63,839 bases of DNA, filler included, from Candidatus Zhuqueibacterota bacterium (GCA_016783505.1; 3 parts of 3 records of this genome joined end to end with filler, not necessarily neighbours in it); one strand, 5' to 3'; shown: positions 28,381-38,688, counted from the first letter of the whole stretch. Program-made: numbers and translations. Notes: generated by a model not told the origin, from the letters alone.

Positions 28381-28425
28381 AGTTCACCACGGTCCCGAGC
28401 ATTCGGGATCACAGAACTACACAGA
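28381..28425. repeat. Dispersed 45-bp repeat (copy at 53929-53973) containing TCCCGA-N4-TCGGGA
   Basis: agttcaccacggtcccgagcattcgggatcacRgaactRcacaga. Confidence 0.85.
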
Positions 28426-28549
28426 CCTCTTTTATTAATGAATAGTGTTAATCCGATAATGGAGCAATGGAGTGATGGAGAAATGGAATAATTAATACAG
28501 CATTCCAATACTCTGTCTCACGTCTGCCATCTCAAGTATTTTATCTGTC

Positions 28550-28584
28550 TTTGTGTCTTGGTGCCTTAGTGGCTAAATCGTTAC
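28550..28584. repeat. Dispersed repeat end (copy at ~38718-38753)
   Basis: tttgtgYcttggtgYcttagtggctRaaYcgttac. Confidence 0.8.
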
Positions 28585-28596
28585 CATTTTTCTAAC

Positions 28597-28940
28597 ATGC
28601 TGGATTTTACAATCATTGATCCCATCATCAAGCGGGCGTTGGCGGAAGACCTGGGCACTATCGGTGACCTTACAACCCAGGCCATTATTGACAAGGGGAT
28701 GGGAGAAGGGAAAATTTTAGCCCGAGCATCCGGGGTGCTGGCCGGTCTGCCCGTAGCCCGAAGGGTTTTCGAAAAGGTTGATCCCCGGACCATCTTTGAG
28801 ACCCGCTTTCAGGACGGGGATAGGGTGGCTCAGGAAGATACCATCGCCGTTGTGAAAGGTCCACTGCCGGGTCTGTTGACGGCTGAACGAACGGTTCTCA
28901 ATTTCCTTCAGCGCCTGTCGGGCATCGCCACCCTGACGGC
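28597..28940 (+). CDS. nadC: Nicotinate-nucleotide pyrophosphorylase, 3' partial at contig end
   Basis: ALAEDLG..GDLTT, LLTAERTVLNFLQRLSGIATLT. Confidence 0.95.
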
Positions 28941-29040
28941 NNNNNNNNNNNNNNNNNNNNNNNNNNNNNNNNNNNNNNNNNNNNTTAATTAATTAANNNN
29001 NNNNNNNNNNNNNNNNNNNNNNNNNNNNNNNNNNNNNNNN
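28941..29040. other. Artificial contig linker
   Basis: N44-TTAATTAATTAA-N44, with stops in all six frames. Confidence 0.98.
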
Positions 29041-30536
29041 TTTGCCCCATCGTCGCTGCCCAAGCTCAGGGAAATCTCCTTTTCTTTGGGTGAGTAAACA
29101 TAGCTAAGGGCATAGGCCACAACGTGCTCATTTGGTTTAAAAGCCCTATCCAGATTGATAAACCCGTTTTCCTCAGCGACATATTTTTGCCAGGAAACCT
29201 TTTGTCCCATGCTTTTGTAGCTCTTCTTAAGATTGATCTTCTTTTCCGGTGGATATGCTTTATCAAAGCCTGGAGGGACCCCTTTGCTATCCGGGGTAAT
29301 TGTACCCAGTTCAAAGGGACCGACGACCATCCATTCCCTGATGAACCAGTCATTTTTCAATTGCAACTTGGAATGGTGAGAGACAAGCAACCCGTTATCA
29401 TCGGATACTTCACAATAGATTTCTGGTAAGGGAAAGGCCCTCTGGCCATTACCCGATAACTGAAAGCTCAGTTCAAGATTCTCCCCTTCATCCAAGGTGA
29501 ATTCACACCGGGAGGGGTTTGCCTTCCATGGACTTGCCCCGGGAATATTCCAATTAATCTCACCCTTAATGGGAGTTGCAAAAGGGTTGCTGAGTGAAAG
29601 GGTGACTTTCTCGCTAAACTCCCCCCCTGAGGTGATCAAAAGCCTTGGAGTGAGGCTCCTTTGGAACTTTTCTACCCTGACCACCATTTCTTCGGTAACC
29701 ACATCCGCCGGGTGCAGTCCTTCAGGTCTGACCACCGCATATTCTACTCCGTCCCCCACAGATACGTGCATAAAGTGGTAAAATCCACCCAAGGTTTCAG
29801 GGTCAACGATCTCAGCGCCCCCGCCACCGGTGATGAAGTACTTCACCCCGTCCCTTTCTTTTGACTTGGTGTAGACGTGCCAATGCCCGGCAAAAACGGC
29901 TCTGACTCCGTATCGGGCAAGAAGAGGGTGGACATCGGCGTTCCAATTGCTTTCCTCATACCTCCATAAGGGTTTGTGCACAAAAACGAACATGTGATTC
30001 ACTTCAGCATGGGCAGCAAGATCGCCTTCTAACCAACTTAGTTGTTCCCCCCCAATATTATTCATGGCATGGGTCTGTTCGGAGTCCAGGACGATGAAGT
30101 GGGAGCCGTTAAAATCGAAGGAATAATAGAGCTGACCGTAGCGCTCGTTATAAATCCGCTCGCTCTCTTCATTCCATACATCATGATTACCGACAACCAT
30201 ATGGAATGGCATCTTGAAGGCCGTGATGGTGTGGTCGAAATCCTCCCACTCCCGGATAATGAGGTTGGGATCATCCGTATATCCCCTGATAAGGTCCCCT
30301 ACATCAATCACGAAATCGGGCCTCAAAAGGTTAATAGCGCGGATATTTTCTTTGAACTGCGGGGGTTGGGTTATCGGGTCTTCACTATCCCCATGGGGCC
30401 GGGTATCACCCAATACCACGAAGCGAAATGTCCTGTCCTTAGGTTGGGGATAACTTAAATTAGCAAATAGGACAATTAAGACTGCACCGAATAAGAACAA
30501 CTTGTAATATTTTTTAAAGATTTTAAAGAAATTCAT
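29041..30536 (-). CDS. Secreted calcineurin-like metallophosphoesterase with C-terminal beta domains; 3' partial
   Basis: GDTR, GDLI, GNHD, GHWH motifs; signal peptide. Confidence 0.88.
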
Positions 30537-30690
30537 AGTATTCCCCTTATAATTTCTCATGCTCGTCGAGGATTTTGTCCCGAAGGTTCGGGACTATTAT
30601 AATAAGACATCAATCGTTTTGGTCTCAGTACCTCTGTTCTTTCCAGGTTGAACCTTGTCGGCCCCAGAGGTCTTGGGAAAAGAAATATTT

Positions 30691-30784
30691 ACCTTTAGGT
30701 TAACTACCTGACGGGATGTTTGATCTAAAGAAGGGTATTTCCAATATTTTATCACCCTACAGGTTTCGGTTATAAACTAAAGGT
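30691..30784. mobile_element. ~95-bp MITE-like element (copy at 62963-63058)
   Basis: Ends acctttaggtta / taaactaaaggt; interior aligns with the 62963 copy. Confidence 0.7.
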
Positions 30785-30792
30785 ATTTGGAA

Positions 30793-30824
30793 TGCTTCAA
30801 TCCCGAATATTCGGGATTGAAGCA
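30793..30824. repeat. Perfect palindrome tgcttcaa-TCCCGA-atat-TCGGGA-ttgaagca (copy at 52251-52282)
   Basis: Read directly. Confidence 0.85.
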
Positions 30825-30866
30825 ACAAGAAATAACATCTACCGGGAGCGAGGGAGCTCTGTTAGG

Positions 30867-31955
30867 CTAAGATATTAACCGCCGGGGTCTCAGTCCCATC
30901 TCCTCCATCTCCGTAAGCACCCTCCGGAGCAAAACGGTCTTGTCCTGATAGTGTAGAAAGGCGCTTTTGAAGCTGTTGATGATAAGGTTTTGGATGTCGT
31001 TCAGATCAAAACCCAGATGCACGGCCGCCAGATAGAGTTCCCTTGTCATGGTAGTCCCCGTCATGAGTCGGTTGTCGGTGTTCACCGTTACCCGGAGGCC
31101 GAAGTCATAGTAGAAACGAAGGGGATGGGACTGGTAGCTGTCCACCACTCCGGTCTGGAGGTTGCTGGTGAGGCAGATCTCCAGCGGGATGCGGTGGTCG
31201 TTGACGTAGTTTAGCAGGTCACCGTCCTCCTTTAAGCGAGTGCCGTGTCCCAGGCGGTGGGCATTCAGGTAGTGCAGGGCCTGGTGGATGGACTCGGGGC
31301 CGTAGTCCTCCCCGGCATGCACGGTGCAGTTAATATTATTGTTCAAAATAAGATAGAAGGCCTCCCGGTGGTCCTTGGCCGGGTATTGGTCCTCGGCCCC
31401 GGCCAGGTCAAACCCCACCACCCCCCGGTTCTTATAGGCTACCGTCAGATCCGCCAGCCTCAGGGATGTCTCTGGATTGATGTTCCGAATTCCACAGACA
31501 ATAACCCCGGTTTTTATTTCAAAATCCTTTTCTCCCCGTCCGAGACCATCCAGGACGGCGTCCATAACGGCGGTCAGACGGAGGCCCTTCTGGATGTGCA
31601 GGATGGGGGCGAACCGCACCTCCAGGTAGCGGACATTCTCGGAGGCAGCATCCTGGGCCAGCTCGTAGGCAACACGGGACAGGGCCTTCTCGGTCTGCAT
31701 CACGCTGATGGGAATCTCAAACAGCTTTAAATAATCAGTCAGCTTCTGGGACCCCCCGGGCTGAAGCAGGGCCTTAAGCTCTTCCAGACTTTCAGCCGGC
31801 AGTTTGACATTATTCTTTTGGGCCAAATCCCAAACGGTCTCCAACCGCAGACTGCCGTCTAAGTGACAGTGAAGGTCTGCTTTAGGTAAGCTCTTTATTA
31901 GATCTTCAGTTAGTTCCAATGTTAAATATGGTAATTTCTTATCGTTAGTATCCAT
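30867..31955 (-). CDS. add: Adenosine deaminase
   Basis: PKADLHCHLDGS, TVHAGE, RLGHG, NTDN. Confidence 0.95.
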   Translation of the reverse strand: MDTNDKKLPYLTLELTEDLIKSLPKADLHCHLDGSLRLETVWDLAQKNNVKLPAESLEELKALLQPGGSQKLTDYLKLFEIPISVMQTEKALSRVAYELAQDAASENVRYLEVRFAPILHIQKGLRLTAVMDAVLDGLGRGEKDFEIKTGVIVCGIRNINPETSLRLADLTVAYKNRGVVGFDLAGAEDQYPAKDHREAFYLILNNNINCTVHAGEDYGPESIHQALHYLNAHRLGHGTRLKEDGDLLNYVNDHRIPLEICLTSNLQTGVVDSYQSHPLRFYYDFGLRVTVNTDNRLMTGTTMTRELYLAAVHLGFDLNDIQNLIINSFKSAFLHYQDKTVLLRRVLTEMEEMGLRPRRLIS

Positions 31956-33678
31956 CCGCCTTACCATTCCCCCTGGGGTCAGTTACCCCGTAATAGGTTT
32001 GCCCCTTATCCTCAATCTGAATCCCATTCACCCGGCCCATATACCACCAGATCCTGATGCGATGACCCTTTTCTAATAGTCCTTCCAAGAACTCAGGCAG
32101 CAACTCCATAGGTTCGAAGCAGAGCTCATCCGGCAGCCACTGGTGGTGAAACCGGGGGGCGTGGATAGCATCATTCAAATCCATGCCGTAGTCAATTACG
32201 TTGATGATAACCTGAGTCACAGTGGTGATGATCCGGGCACCCCCAGGACTGCCCAGGATCAGGAAGGGTTTCTCATCTTTGACCACGATGGTAGGGGTCA
32301 TGGAGGAGAGCATTCGCTTGCCCGGTTCGATGGCGTTAGCGGAACCCCCCAGCAGGCCGAACTGGTTGGGCACCCCGGCTTTAATGCTAAAGTCGTCCAT
32401 CTCGTTGTTTAATAAAAATCCGGCTCCGGTAACCACCACCAAGGAGCCGAAGGATGAATTCAGGGTAGTGGTAACCGCCACCGCGTTCCCCCACCGGTCA
32501 ACGACGGAAAAGTGGGTGGTTGCCTTCCCCTCTGGCCCGGGCAGCCTGCCAGCATAAACTTCTTTGCTGGGGGTGGCGCGATTCAGGTCAATGGCCTTCC
32601 GTAGGGTGTCCGCATATGCTTTGGATGTTAATCCTTCAATGGGCATATTCGGGACAAAATCGGGATCCCCCAGAAAAGCGGCTCGATCGGCGTAGACCCT
32701 CTTTTCTGCTTCGGCGATCCGATGGACGGCCCCTACCGAATAAAAATCTAGGGATTTCAGATTATAGCCCTCGAGGATGTTCAACAGCTCGATCAAACAG
32801 ACACCCCCCGAGCTGGGGGGCGGCATGGATAGGATCCCGTAGCCCCGGTAGTCGCCCTGAATGACATTCCTTTCCACCGCTCTATAATCTGCCAGATCTT
32901 GTTCTGAAATAATTCCCCCGCCCCGCTTCATCTCGGCGACGATCAACCGGGCGGTCTCCCCCTGATAGAACTCGTCGGGCCCTTGTTCGGCGATCCGTTT
33001 TAGGGTTCTGGCTAAATCAGGCTGGACAAACCGGTCACCTGCCTGGTGAGTGCTGTCCCCTTTTAGGTAAATGGCAGCGGTTTGGGGATAGCGTTTAAAG
33101 TCATCGATGGCCCACTCCCAACCTTCCGTCTGCCAATCCTCAAGGATGAATCCTACTTCGGCCAGGGATATGGCCGGTAAGACCAACCCCTTCCATTCCA
33201 TGGTGCCGTATTTCTCTTGGGCCAGGGCCAGCCCGGCCACCGTTCCCGGCACCCCGGCGGCCAGATGGCCATAAAGGGAAAGGTCTGGTATTACATTCCC
33301 GAGACTATCCAGATACATATCCCTGAAAGCGGCCAAGGGGGCTTTTTCCCGGTAGTCAATCGCTGTCTCCCTTCCGTCGGCCATCCGGATCACCATAAAC
33401 CCCCCGCCCCCGATGTTGCCCGCCCGGGGAAGGACTACCACCAGGGCAAAGCTAACCGCTACCGCCGCGTCAACGGCGTTGCCCCCCTGCTTCAGGACCC
33501 CTAAACCCACCTCGGTGGCCAGGGGATGGGCGGAGACCACCATACCCTTCCGGCCCACTGCAACCCCGACCGGGTGTCGGGCACAGTTAAAAAACAAAAT
33601 AATTAGTGCCGCTGTGAGAACCAATGTGCTTAGACCGACCAACATGCCAACTTGCAACTTACCAAAAGTTTGTTTCAT
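31945..33678 (-). CDS. ggt: Gamma-glutamyltransferase
   Basis: GGNAVDAAVA, DYREKAP, TTHFSVVD, NNEMDDF, SSMTPT. Confidence 0.97.
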   Translation of the reverse strand: MKQTFGKLQVGMLVGLSTLVLTAALIILFFNCARHPVGVAVGRKGMVVSAHPLATEVGLGVLKQGGNAVDAAVAVSFALVVVLPRAGNIGGGGFMVIRMADGRETAIDYREKAPLAAFRDMYLDSLGNVIPDLSLYGHLAAGVPGTVAGLALAQEKYGTMEWKGLVLPAISLAEVGFILEDWQTEGWEWAIDDFKRYPQTAAIYLKGDSTHQAGDRFVQPDLARTLKRIAEQGPDEFYQGETARLIVAEMKRGGGIISEQDLADYRAVERNVIQGDYRGYGILSMPPPSSGGVCLIELLNILEGYNLKSLDFYSVGAVHRIAEAEKRVYADRAAFLGDPDFVPNMPIEGLTSKAYADTLRKAIDLNRATPSKEVYAGRLPGPEGKATTHFSVVDRWGNAVAVTTTLNSSFGSLVVVTGAGFLLNNEMDDFSIKAGVPNQFGLLGGSANAIEPGKRMLSSMTPTIVVKDEKPFLILGSPGGARIITTVTQVIINVIDYGMDLNDAIHAPRFHHQWLPDELCFEPMELLPEFLEGLLEKGHRIRIWWYMGRVNGIQIEDKGQTYYGVTDPRGNGKADGY

Positions 33679-33713
33679 TGTAAATCCTCACGATTAAGAA
33701 TATGAGAAAGATA

Positions 33714-34781
33714 TTATCTATCTAAACTAACACCTTTCTTGAAATGATCAAACCCCTTCTGGGTTAGCGGAACATGTTTTGTCCCCACCAATAATCGGAC
33801 CCCCTTCTCCTTGGGCACCATCTCTCCTATCTTGGTTAGTGCTGTCCCGGTATTATCAAACACCAGTTTCCCGGCCTTTGCAAAATCTTTATAATCCATA
33901 ACAAATAAGAGCTCGTAATCCTCACCCCCAGAAAGGGCATAGTCTAAGGGGCTGTTGCTAAATTTCCGGGCGGTTTGCTCCATTCCATTCATGAGCGGAA
34001 TGGCCTTAGCATAAATCTCCGCCCCGGTTCCGCTCTCCTGGCACAGATGGTTAACCTCGGAGGCCAGCCCGTCGCTGATGTCAATCATGGCATGAATCAT
34101 AAAATTTTCTACTAAAAGGCTGGCCTCTTCAATTCTGGGGAATGGCATCAGATGTTTCTTAATTAAATTTTGCCGATTTTTGCTACCCTCTGCTCGGCAT
34201 TCGGCATTCGACGTTCGATATTCCTTACTAGCCTTTTCCACCCTCTGTTTCGATTCCAGCAGCATCTGTCCCGCCTTGCTCCCCCCCAGGGTCCCCGTCA
34301 CCCCGATGATGTCCCCGGTCACCGCCCCGCTTCGGGTTGCTAGCCTTGCCTCCTCCACCCCACCGGTGATGGTAACGCAGAGAACAAAATCGTTCTTTGA
34401 ACCGGTGATGTCCCCCCCGACAATTTTCACATCAAATCTCTTGTTCAAATCTTCCATGCCCCGATAAAGCTCCTCAATGTCTGCCGATGAGATGCGATCG
34501 GGAATGCTTAGGGAAACAAGGGCATAATGGGGCTTTCCCCCCATAGCGGCGATGTCGCTCAAATTGACCGCCATGGCCTTCCAGCCCAACTGGTAGAAGG
34601 AGATGTAATCCAGGTTGAAATGGATCCCCTCAATCAGGGTATCCGATGTAACCAGCGTGAGCAGACCGGGTTGGGTTTGGAAGGCAGCGGCATCGTCCCC
34701 GGGGCCGACGACCACTCCCCGGTGCCTTTGGCCGACCCACCGCTTGATTTTCTCGATTAATTCAAGTTCGCTGAGTTCCAT
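33714..34781 (-). CDS. thiL: Thiamine-monophosphate kinase with an in-frame repeat-derived loop expansion
   Basis: GDDAA, NLSDIAAMGG, GGD, IDISDGL, GGEDYEL. Confidence 0.95.
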   Translation of the reverse strand: MELSELELIEKIKRWVGQRHRGVVVGPGDDAAAFQTQPGLLTLVTSDTLIEGIHFNLDYISFYQLGWKAMAVNLSDIAAMGGKPHYALVSLSIPDRISSADIEELYRGMEDLNKRFDVKIVGGDITGSKNDFVLCVTITGGVEEARLATRSGAVTGDIIGVTGTLGGSKAGQMLLESKQRVEKASKEYRTSNAECRAEGSKNRQNLIKKHLMPFPRIEEASLLVENFMIHAMIDISDGLASEVNHLCQESGTGAEIYAKAIPLMNGMEQTARKFSNSPLDYALSGGEDYELLFVMDYKDFAKAGKLVFDNTGTALTKIGEMVPKEKGVRLLVGTKHVPLTQKGFDHFKKGVSLDR

Positions 34782-35166
34782 GGGTTTTGATATAGACCTT
34801 TCGTTGTCTGGGTCCGTCGAACTCACAGAAGAACACCGCCTGCCAGGTTCCCAGGGCCAGCCGCCCACCCTCTATCAGAACGGCGACCGAAGAACCCATT
34901 AAGCTGGCCTTGATGTGAGCCGGGGAGTTGCCCTCGGCGTGATGGTAGAACCGTCCCTCGGGGACCATTTTCGCCAGGGTTTCCTGAATGTCCCGGACCA
35001 CGCTGGGATCGGCCCCCTCGTTGATGGTTACCCCGGCGGTGGTGTGGGGCACATACACCCAGCAAACCCCATCCTTGACATTGCTTTCTCTTACCGCCGC
35101 CCCAATTTCACGGGTAATATTGATGAATTCAACCCGGGAACGGGAGCTTACAGAAATCTCTATCAT
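34762..35166 (-). CDS. yjbQ: YjbQ/UPF0047 family protein
   Basis: PHTTAGVTINE, HAEGNSPAH, LGTWQ, EFDGPR. Confidence 0.95.
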   Translation of the reverse strand: MIEISVSSRSRVEFINITREIGAAVRESNVKDGVCWVYVPHTTAGVTINEGADPSVVRDIQETLAKMVPEGRFYHHAEGNSPAHIKASLMGSSVAVLIEGGRLALGTWQAVFFCEFDGPRQRKVYIKTHGTQRT

Positions 35167-35416
35167 TTCACAATCCCATTTCATAAACAGAAAACATTTA
35201 TTTTGATAAATATAAAGATTTTTGGGTTAATTGTCAAAGGAAAAATGTTTTGCCGGTTGCCTTCGCTTTAAAAAAAAATCTGAATGTTTCCTGTTTTTGT
35301 AAAAAATTATATCCCGAACATCTGAGAAAAAATTCCAATTCCGAATGCTCGAGACCACAATTCAAAACCTTATTTTTTGACTTTCGTGTTTACAAATAAA
35401 CTTAGACCTTGCCAAT

Positions 35417-35677
35417 ATTGAATTAAGGGATATTTTGTAACCGCAGAAATTTTCTCAATGCAAAAGCTTCTGAACCTCCGATGACTAATCCAAATACTGA
35501 ACAAATTCGTCTCACCATTCAAATTGAAATAATCCCCAGAACTTGTGAGGCCTTACCCTTTGGGGTTTAGCGGCCAATTTACCTTTTCGCGGTTACAAGT
35601 AAACCAACCCCCATTTCAATTAAATACTATTCCCAGGGCTTAATGAACTCGGGAAGCATTGAATTAAAGGATATTTT
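35417..35677. repeat. 20-bp direct repeats enclosing a ~165-bp element with inverted ends
   Basis: attgaattaaRggatatttt at 35417 and 35658; ttgtaaccgc (35435) / gcggttacaa (35589). Confidence 0.55.
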
Positions 35678-35702
35678 ATTTTCTCAGTAGTCAAAAAAAC
35701 CC

Positions 35703-35731
35703 TTGACTTTGGATAGATTTTCTATTAAATT
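35703..35731 (+). promoter_or_regulatory. ssrA promoter
   Basis: TTGACT-17-TAAATT. Confidence 0.7.
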
Positions 35732-35743
35732 ATCTGATGAGTT

Positions 35744-36092
35744 GGGGACGAAAAGGTTTCGACGGGAAAGCTGGGGGTAAGGACAGCATACCGGGGTCTC
35801 AGCTACCCCGTAAAACAGCTGAACCAAAACTAAGTGCCAACGATTATGCACTGGCTGCCTAACTGATTAGGTGGCCCGTCCCGAAGGCCTTGCTCGCTGG
35901 GTCTTCGTAGGGCGTCGGAAAGCGGGCTGGCCGGGTTTCATCGTCCGGGGGAATCCGGTGAGATCCTACGGACTGGCTTCCTTTAGATCGTGTCTGTTCG
36001 GGTCTTCAGGGGGCGAGATCAATAAACAGACTATGTATGTAGAACCCCTTGGTCCCCTTTTCCGGACCCGGGTTCGATTCCCGGCGTCTCCA
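35744..36092 (+). ncRNA. ssrA: tmRNA; tag reading frame ANDYALAA* at 35836-35862
   Basis: 5' GGGGACG..TTCGAC, 3' GACCCGGGTTCGATTCCCGGCGTCTCCA with G3-U pair; tag ends in ALAA. Confidence 0.97.
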
Positions 36093-36093
36093 C

Positions 36094-36128
36094 AAAAAAG
36101 TCCGCTCTAAGAAGGGGCGGATTTTTTT
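36094..36128 (+). terminator. ssrA terminator
   Basis: gtccgctct..ggggcggat plus T tract. Confidence 0.8.
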
Positions 36129-36350
36129 ATATATAAAAACTACAATTGTTAACTGATAAAAAATTATGGAGTGCGGTGACCGTGTTATCGCATAAAGAGA
36201 CCCGGAGGTTTTACTCAAAAACAAAATTATTGTTTTGGGACAAAAATTGCAAATCCGCTCAATCGCTTATGTATTCCCACCCATTAAAAATTCCCTTGCA
36301 TTTAATATATTATTTTTACATATTCATATGATTAATGGGAGAATATAGTA

Positions 36351-37271
36351 ATGTTTTCAAAAAGGATTCTTGTTTTTTACATTTACTCCGCTGTTGCTTG
36401 GTCTGTTGTGGCGATAAGCGGGTGTGAGAAGGGGATATCCATGGGCGAACTAGTGCCCCGCAGGATGCACGGGTGGAAGGCAGAGGGTAAGGACGAGATT
36501 TACAACCGGGACAGCATTTTCGATTACATTAACGGAGCCGGTGAGATTTATCGCGCCTATGGTTTTCGGGAGTTGTTGGTGCGCCTCTTTGTCAAGGCTG
36601 ACCAGCCGGACATTGTGGTTGAGCTGTTCGATATGGGATCAGCAGGGGACGCTTTTGGGGTCTTTACCCATGGGAGGGGGGGTGAGGGGGGAGACATCGG
36701 ACAGGGTTCAGAATACAGAGGGAGCCTATTGTGCTTCTGGAAGGGTAACTTCTTTGGGTGCGTCTTTGCCGAGCAGGAGACCGAGGCGGCAAAGGAGGCA
36801 GTACTGGATCTGGGCCGGGCCATTGCCGGGGCCATCAAGGTAATCGGGGAAAAACCGAGGCTGTTGGACTATCTACCGAAGGAGGGTTTAATGGAAAGAA
36901 GCGTCCATTACTTTCACACCTACCCTTCCCTGAACTATCATTACTACCTCGCCAGCGAAAACATTTTAAACCTTGACGAAAGCACCGAGGCGGTGTTGGC
37001 CGGATACCAGCCCGCCGAAGGCAAAAGCTATCTTCTCCTGGTGCGTTACCCTGATGGGAAGCGGGCAAAGGGGGCGTTTGAACGATTCATAGGGGCTTAT
37101 ATTCCCGAAGCAGCTCATACGGGTATTACCCAGCTCGAGAATGGTAAATGGACCGGGGCGAAGGTATATCAGGAATTTGTAATCGTGGCCTTCGATGCTC
37201 CTACCAGGAATTATGCAGAAGCTTGGCTTGAAGCGGTTAGAGAGAAGATAGCCACACAAGTCGAAGAATAG
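36351..37271 (+). CDS. DUF6599-like lipoprotein
   Basis: Lipobox ISGC; IFDYINGAGEIY..YGF, ELFDMGS..DAFGVF. Confidence 0.7.
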   Translation: MFSKRILVFYIYSAVAWSVVAISGCEKGISMGELVPRRMHGWKAEGKDEIYNRDSIFDYINGAGEIYRAYGFRELLVRLFVKADQPDIVVELFDMGSAGDAFGVFTHGRGGEGGDIGQGSEYRGSLLCFWKGNFFGCVFAEQETEAAKEAVLDLGRAIAGAIKVIGEKPRLLDYLPKEGLMERSVHYFHTYPSLNYHYYLASENILNLDESTEAVLAGYQPAEGKSYLLLVRYPDGKRAKGAFERFIGAYIPEAAHTGITQLENGKWTGAKVYQEFVIVAFDAPTRNYAEAWLEAVREKIATQVEE

Positions 37272-37392
37272 ATGCAGTGAAGCAAAAAGGGCAGGGGGTG
37301 AGGATGACGGTTTAACGTAGCCTCCTACCCTAGCCGGGCACGGCGGATTGGATAATCAATTGTTGTAACAGTTCACCCCCTATTGTATTGTT

Positions 37393-37489
37393 GTCATTCT
37401 GAGTGAAACAAAGAACATTTTTCGTGGCTGATACAGCCGGTAAAGTAAAAAAAGAGATTCTTCACCCGAATCCTCGGGGTCAGAATGAC
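37393..37489. repeat. GTCATTCTGA..TCAGAATGAC palindromic element with nested CCCGA-N4-TCGGG
   Basis: 10-bp inverted ends; gttcacccc/ggggtgtaaac flanks. Confidence 0.7.
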
Positions 37490-37560
37490 GGGGTGTAAAC
37501 TATTACACCAGAACCTTATCTTTAGATAGGTTTAATATAGAGGAAACGAGGAGAGTGCCC

Positions 37561-38460
37561 ATGAGAGAGTCCGTGAAGGTCATTACTCGTCGTGATTTTA
37601 TTCGGGGGACCGCCGGTGCCACTTTGGCATTGGCGATGGGCCTGGGGGCAGAAGGGCGAAAGGGGGTTAAGCCCGCCAGGAAGACAAGAGTGGTTCTGGT
37701 GCGGGATGCGGGGGCAATGGATGAGCAGGGACGCATCAACACCAGGGTGATTCAGCGGATGATGGATCAGGGGGTGGGGGCCCTGGTCGACAGGGAAGAC
37801 ACCGTCCAGGCCTGGAGGCTTCTGGTGAAACCCACCGATGTGGTGGGAATCAAAAGTAATGTTTGGGGCCCGCTTCCAACCCCCCCGGAGGTGGAGCAAG
37901 CCATCAAGGCACGGCTTATGGATGTGGGGGTGCCCGAGGGAAACATCGGTATTGACGACCGCGGGGTGCGGGGTAACCGCATCTTTAAGGACGCAACGGC
38001 ATTGATCAACGCCCGGCCCTTAAGAACTCATCATTGGTCGGGGGTGGGCGGATGCATCAAAAATTACATTATGTTCGTCCCCAGAGCCTGGGCCTACCAC
38101 GGCGACTCCTGTGCCGATTTAGGAGCCATATGGAACAAGCCCAATGTAAAAGGAAAAACGCGGTTGAATGTGCTAATCTTGCTGCGTCCCCTCTTTTATG
38201 GCATTGGTCCCCACCATTTTGACATGACATACTCCTGGTACTATAAAGGTGTTCTTTTAGGAACCGACCCGGTGGCGGTGGACGCGGTCGGTCTGCACCT
38301 TTTCCGGGCCAAGCGGCTTATCCACTTTGGCGAAGAGAAACCTTTCCGCCCGCCGCCCAAGCACATCGCTCTGGCCGATACCCGACACAAACTGGGTATC
38401 AGCAACTTAGAAGAGATTGAGTTGGTGAAGTTGGGTTGGGACGAGGACATCCTGATTTGA
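37561..38460 (+). CDS. DUF362-family protein with twin-arginine signal
   Basis: ITRRDFIRGT; VGIKSN, RTHHWSGVGGCIKN, DPVAVD. Confidence 0.82.
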   Translation: MRESVKVITRRDFIRGTAGATLALAMGLGAEGRKGVKPARKTRVVLVRDAGAMDEQGRINTRVIQRMMDQGVGALVDREDTVQAWRLLVKPTDVVGIKSNVWGPLPTPPEVEQAIKARLMDVGVPEGNIGIDDRGVRGNRIFKDATALINARPLRTHHWSGVGGCIKNYIMFVPRAWAYHGDSCADLGAIWNKPNVKGKTRLNVLILLRPLFYGIGPHHFDMTYSWYYKGVLLGTDPVAVDAVGLHLFRAKRLIHFGEEKPFRPPPKHIALADTRHKLGISNLEEIELVKLGWDEDILI

Positions 38461-38688
38461 CCCCCTGACCTGATTGTGGCGAACATCCCCGGTGATGTCA
38501 TACTATCTTTTGACCAGAAATTCCTACGTTTATTAAAACCCAGGGGTTTTCTGCTGCTGTCCGGGATTTTGGTTGAAAATCATTTCGAGGTGAAGAAAAG
38601 ATTGGGGATGATGGGACTGGAGGTGTTGAAGTCCAGGATACTGGAGGAATTCAGCACCCTGTTGTTTCAAGCGGAGAACCCGTCGTAA
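38461..38688 (+). pseudogene. C-terminal fragment of PrmA-like (L11) methyltransferase
   Basis: DLIVANI..LKPRGFLLLSGIL..EEFSTL; the SAM-binding N-terminal part is absent. Confidence 0.75.

Noticed and set aside
28941-29040. TTAATTAATTAA palindrome and ORFs running into the N blocks (also 57728-57827)
   Set aside because: Artificial linker; the X-containing ORF ends and cross-gap adjacency are artefacts
35167-35420. TPP riboswitch upstream of yjbQ-thiL
   Set aside because: The only CTGAGA (~35322) is on the wrong strand and lacks the rest of the motif
35871-36110. 79-aa ORF in the ORF track
   Set aside because: Overlaps the tmRNA gene; spurious
38458-38460. Selenocysteine or readthrough fusing DUF362 to the PrmA-like fragment
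   Set aside because: The TGA is at a plausible C-terminus, no SECIS-like hairpin is evident, and the fragment lacks its SAM-binding half
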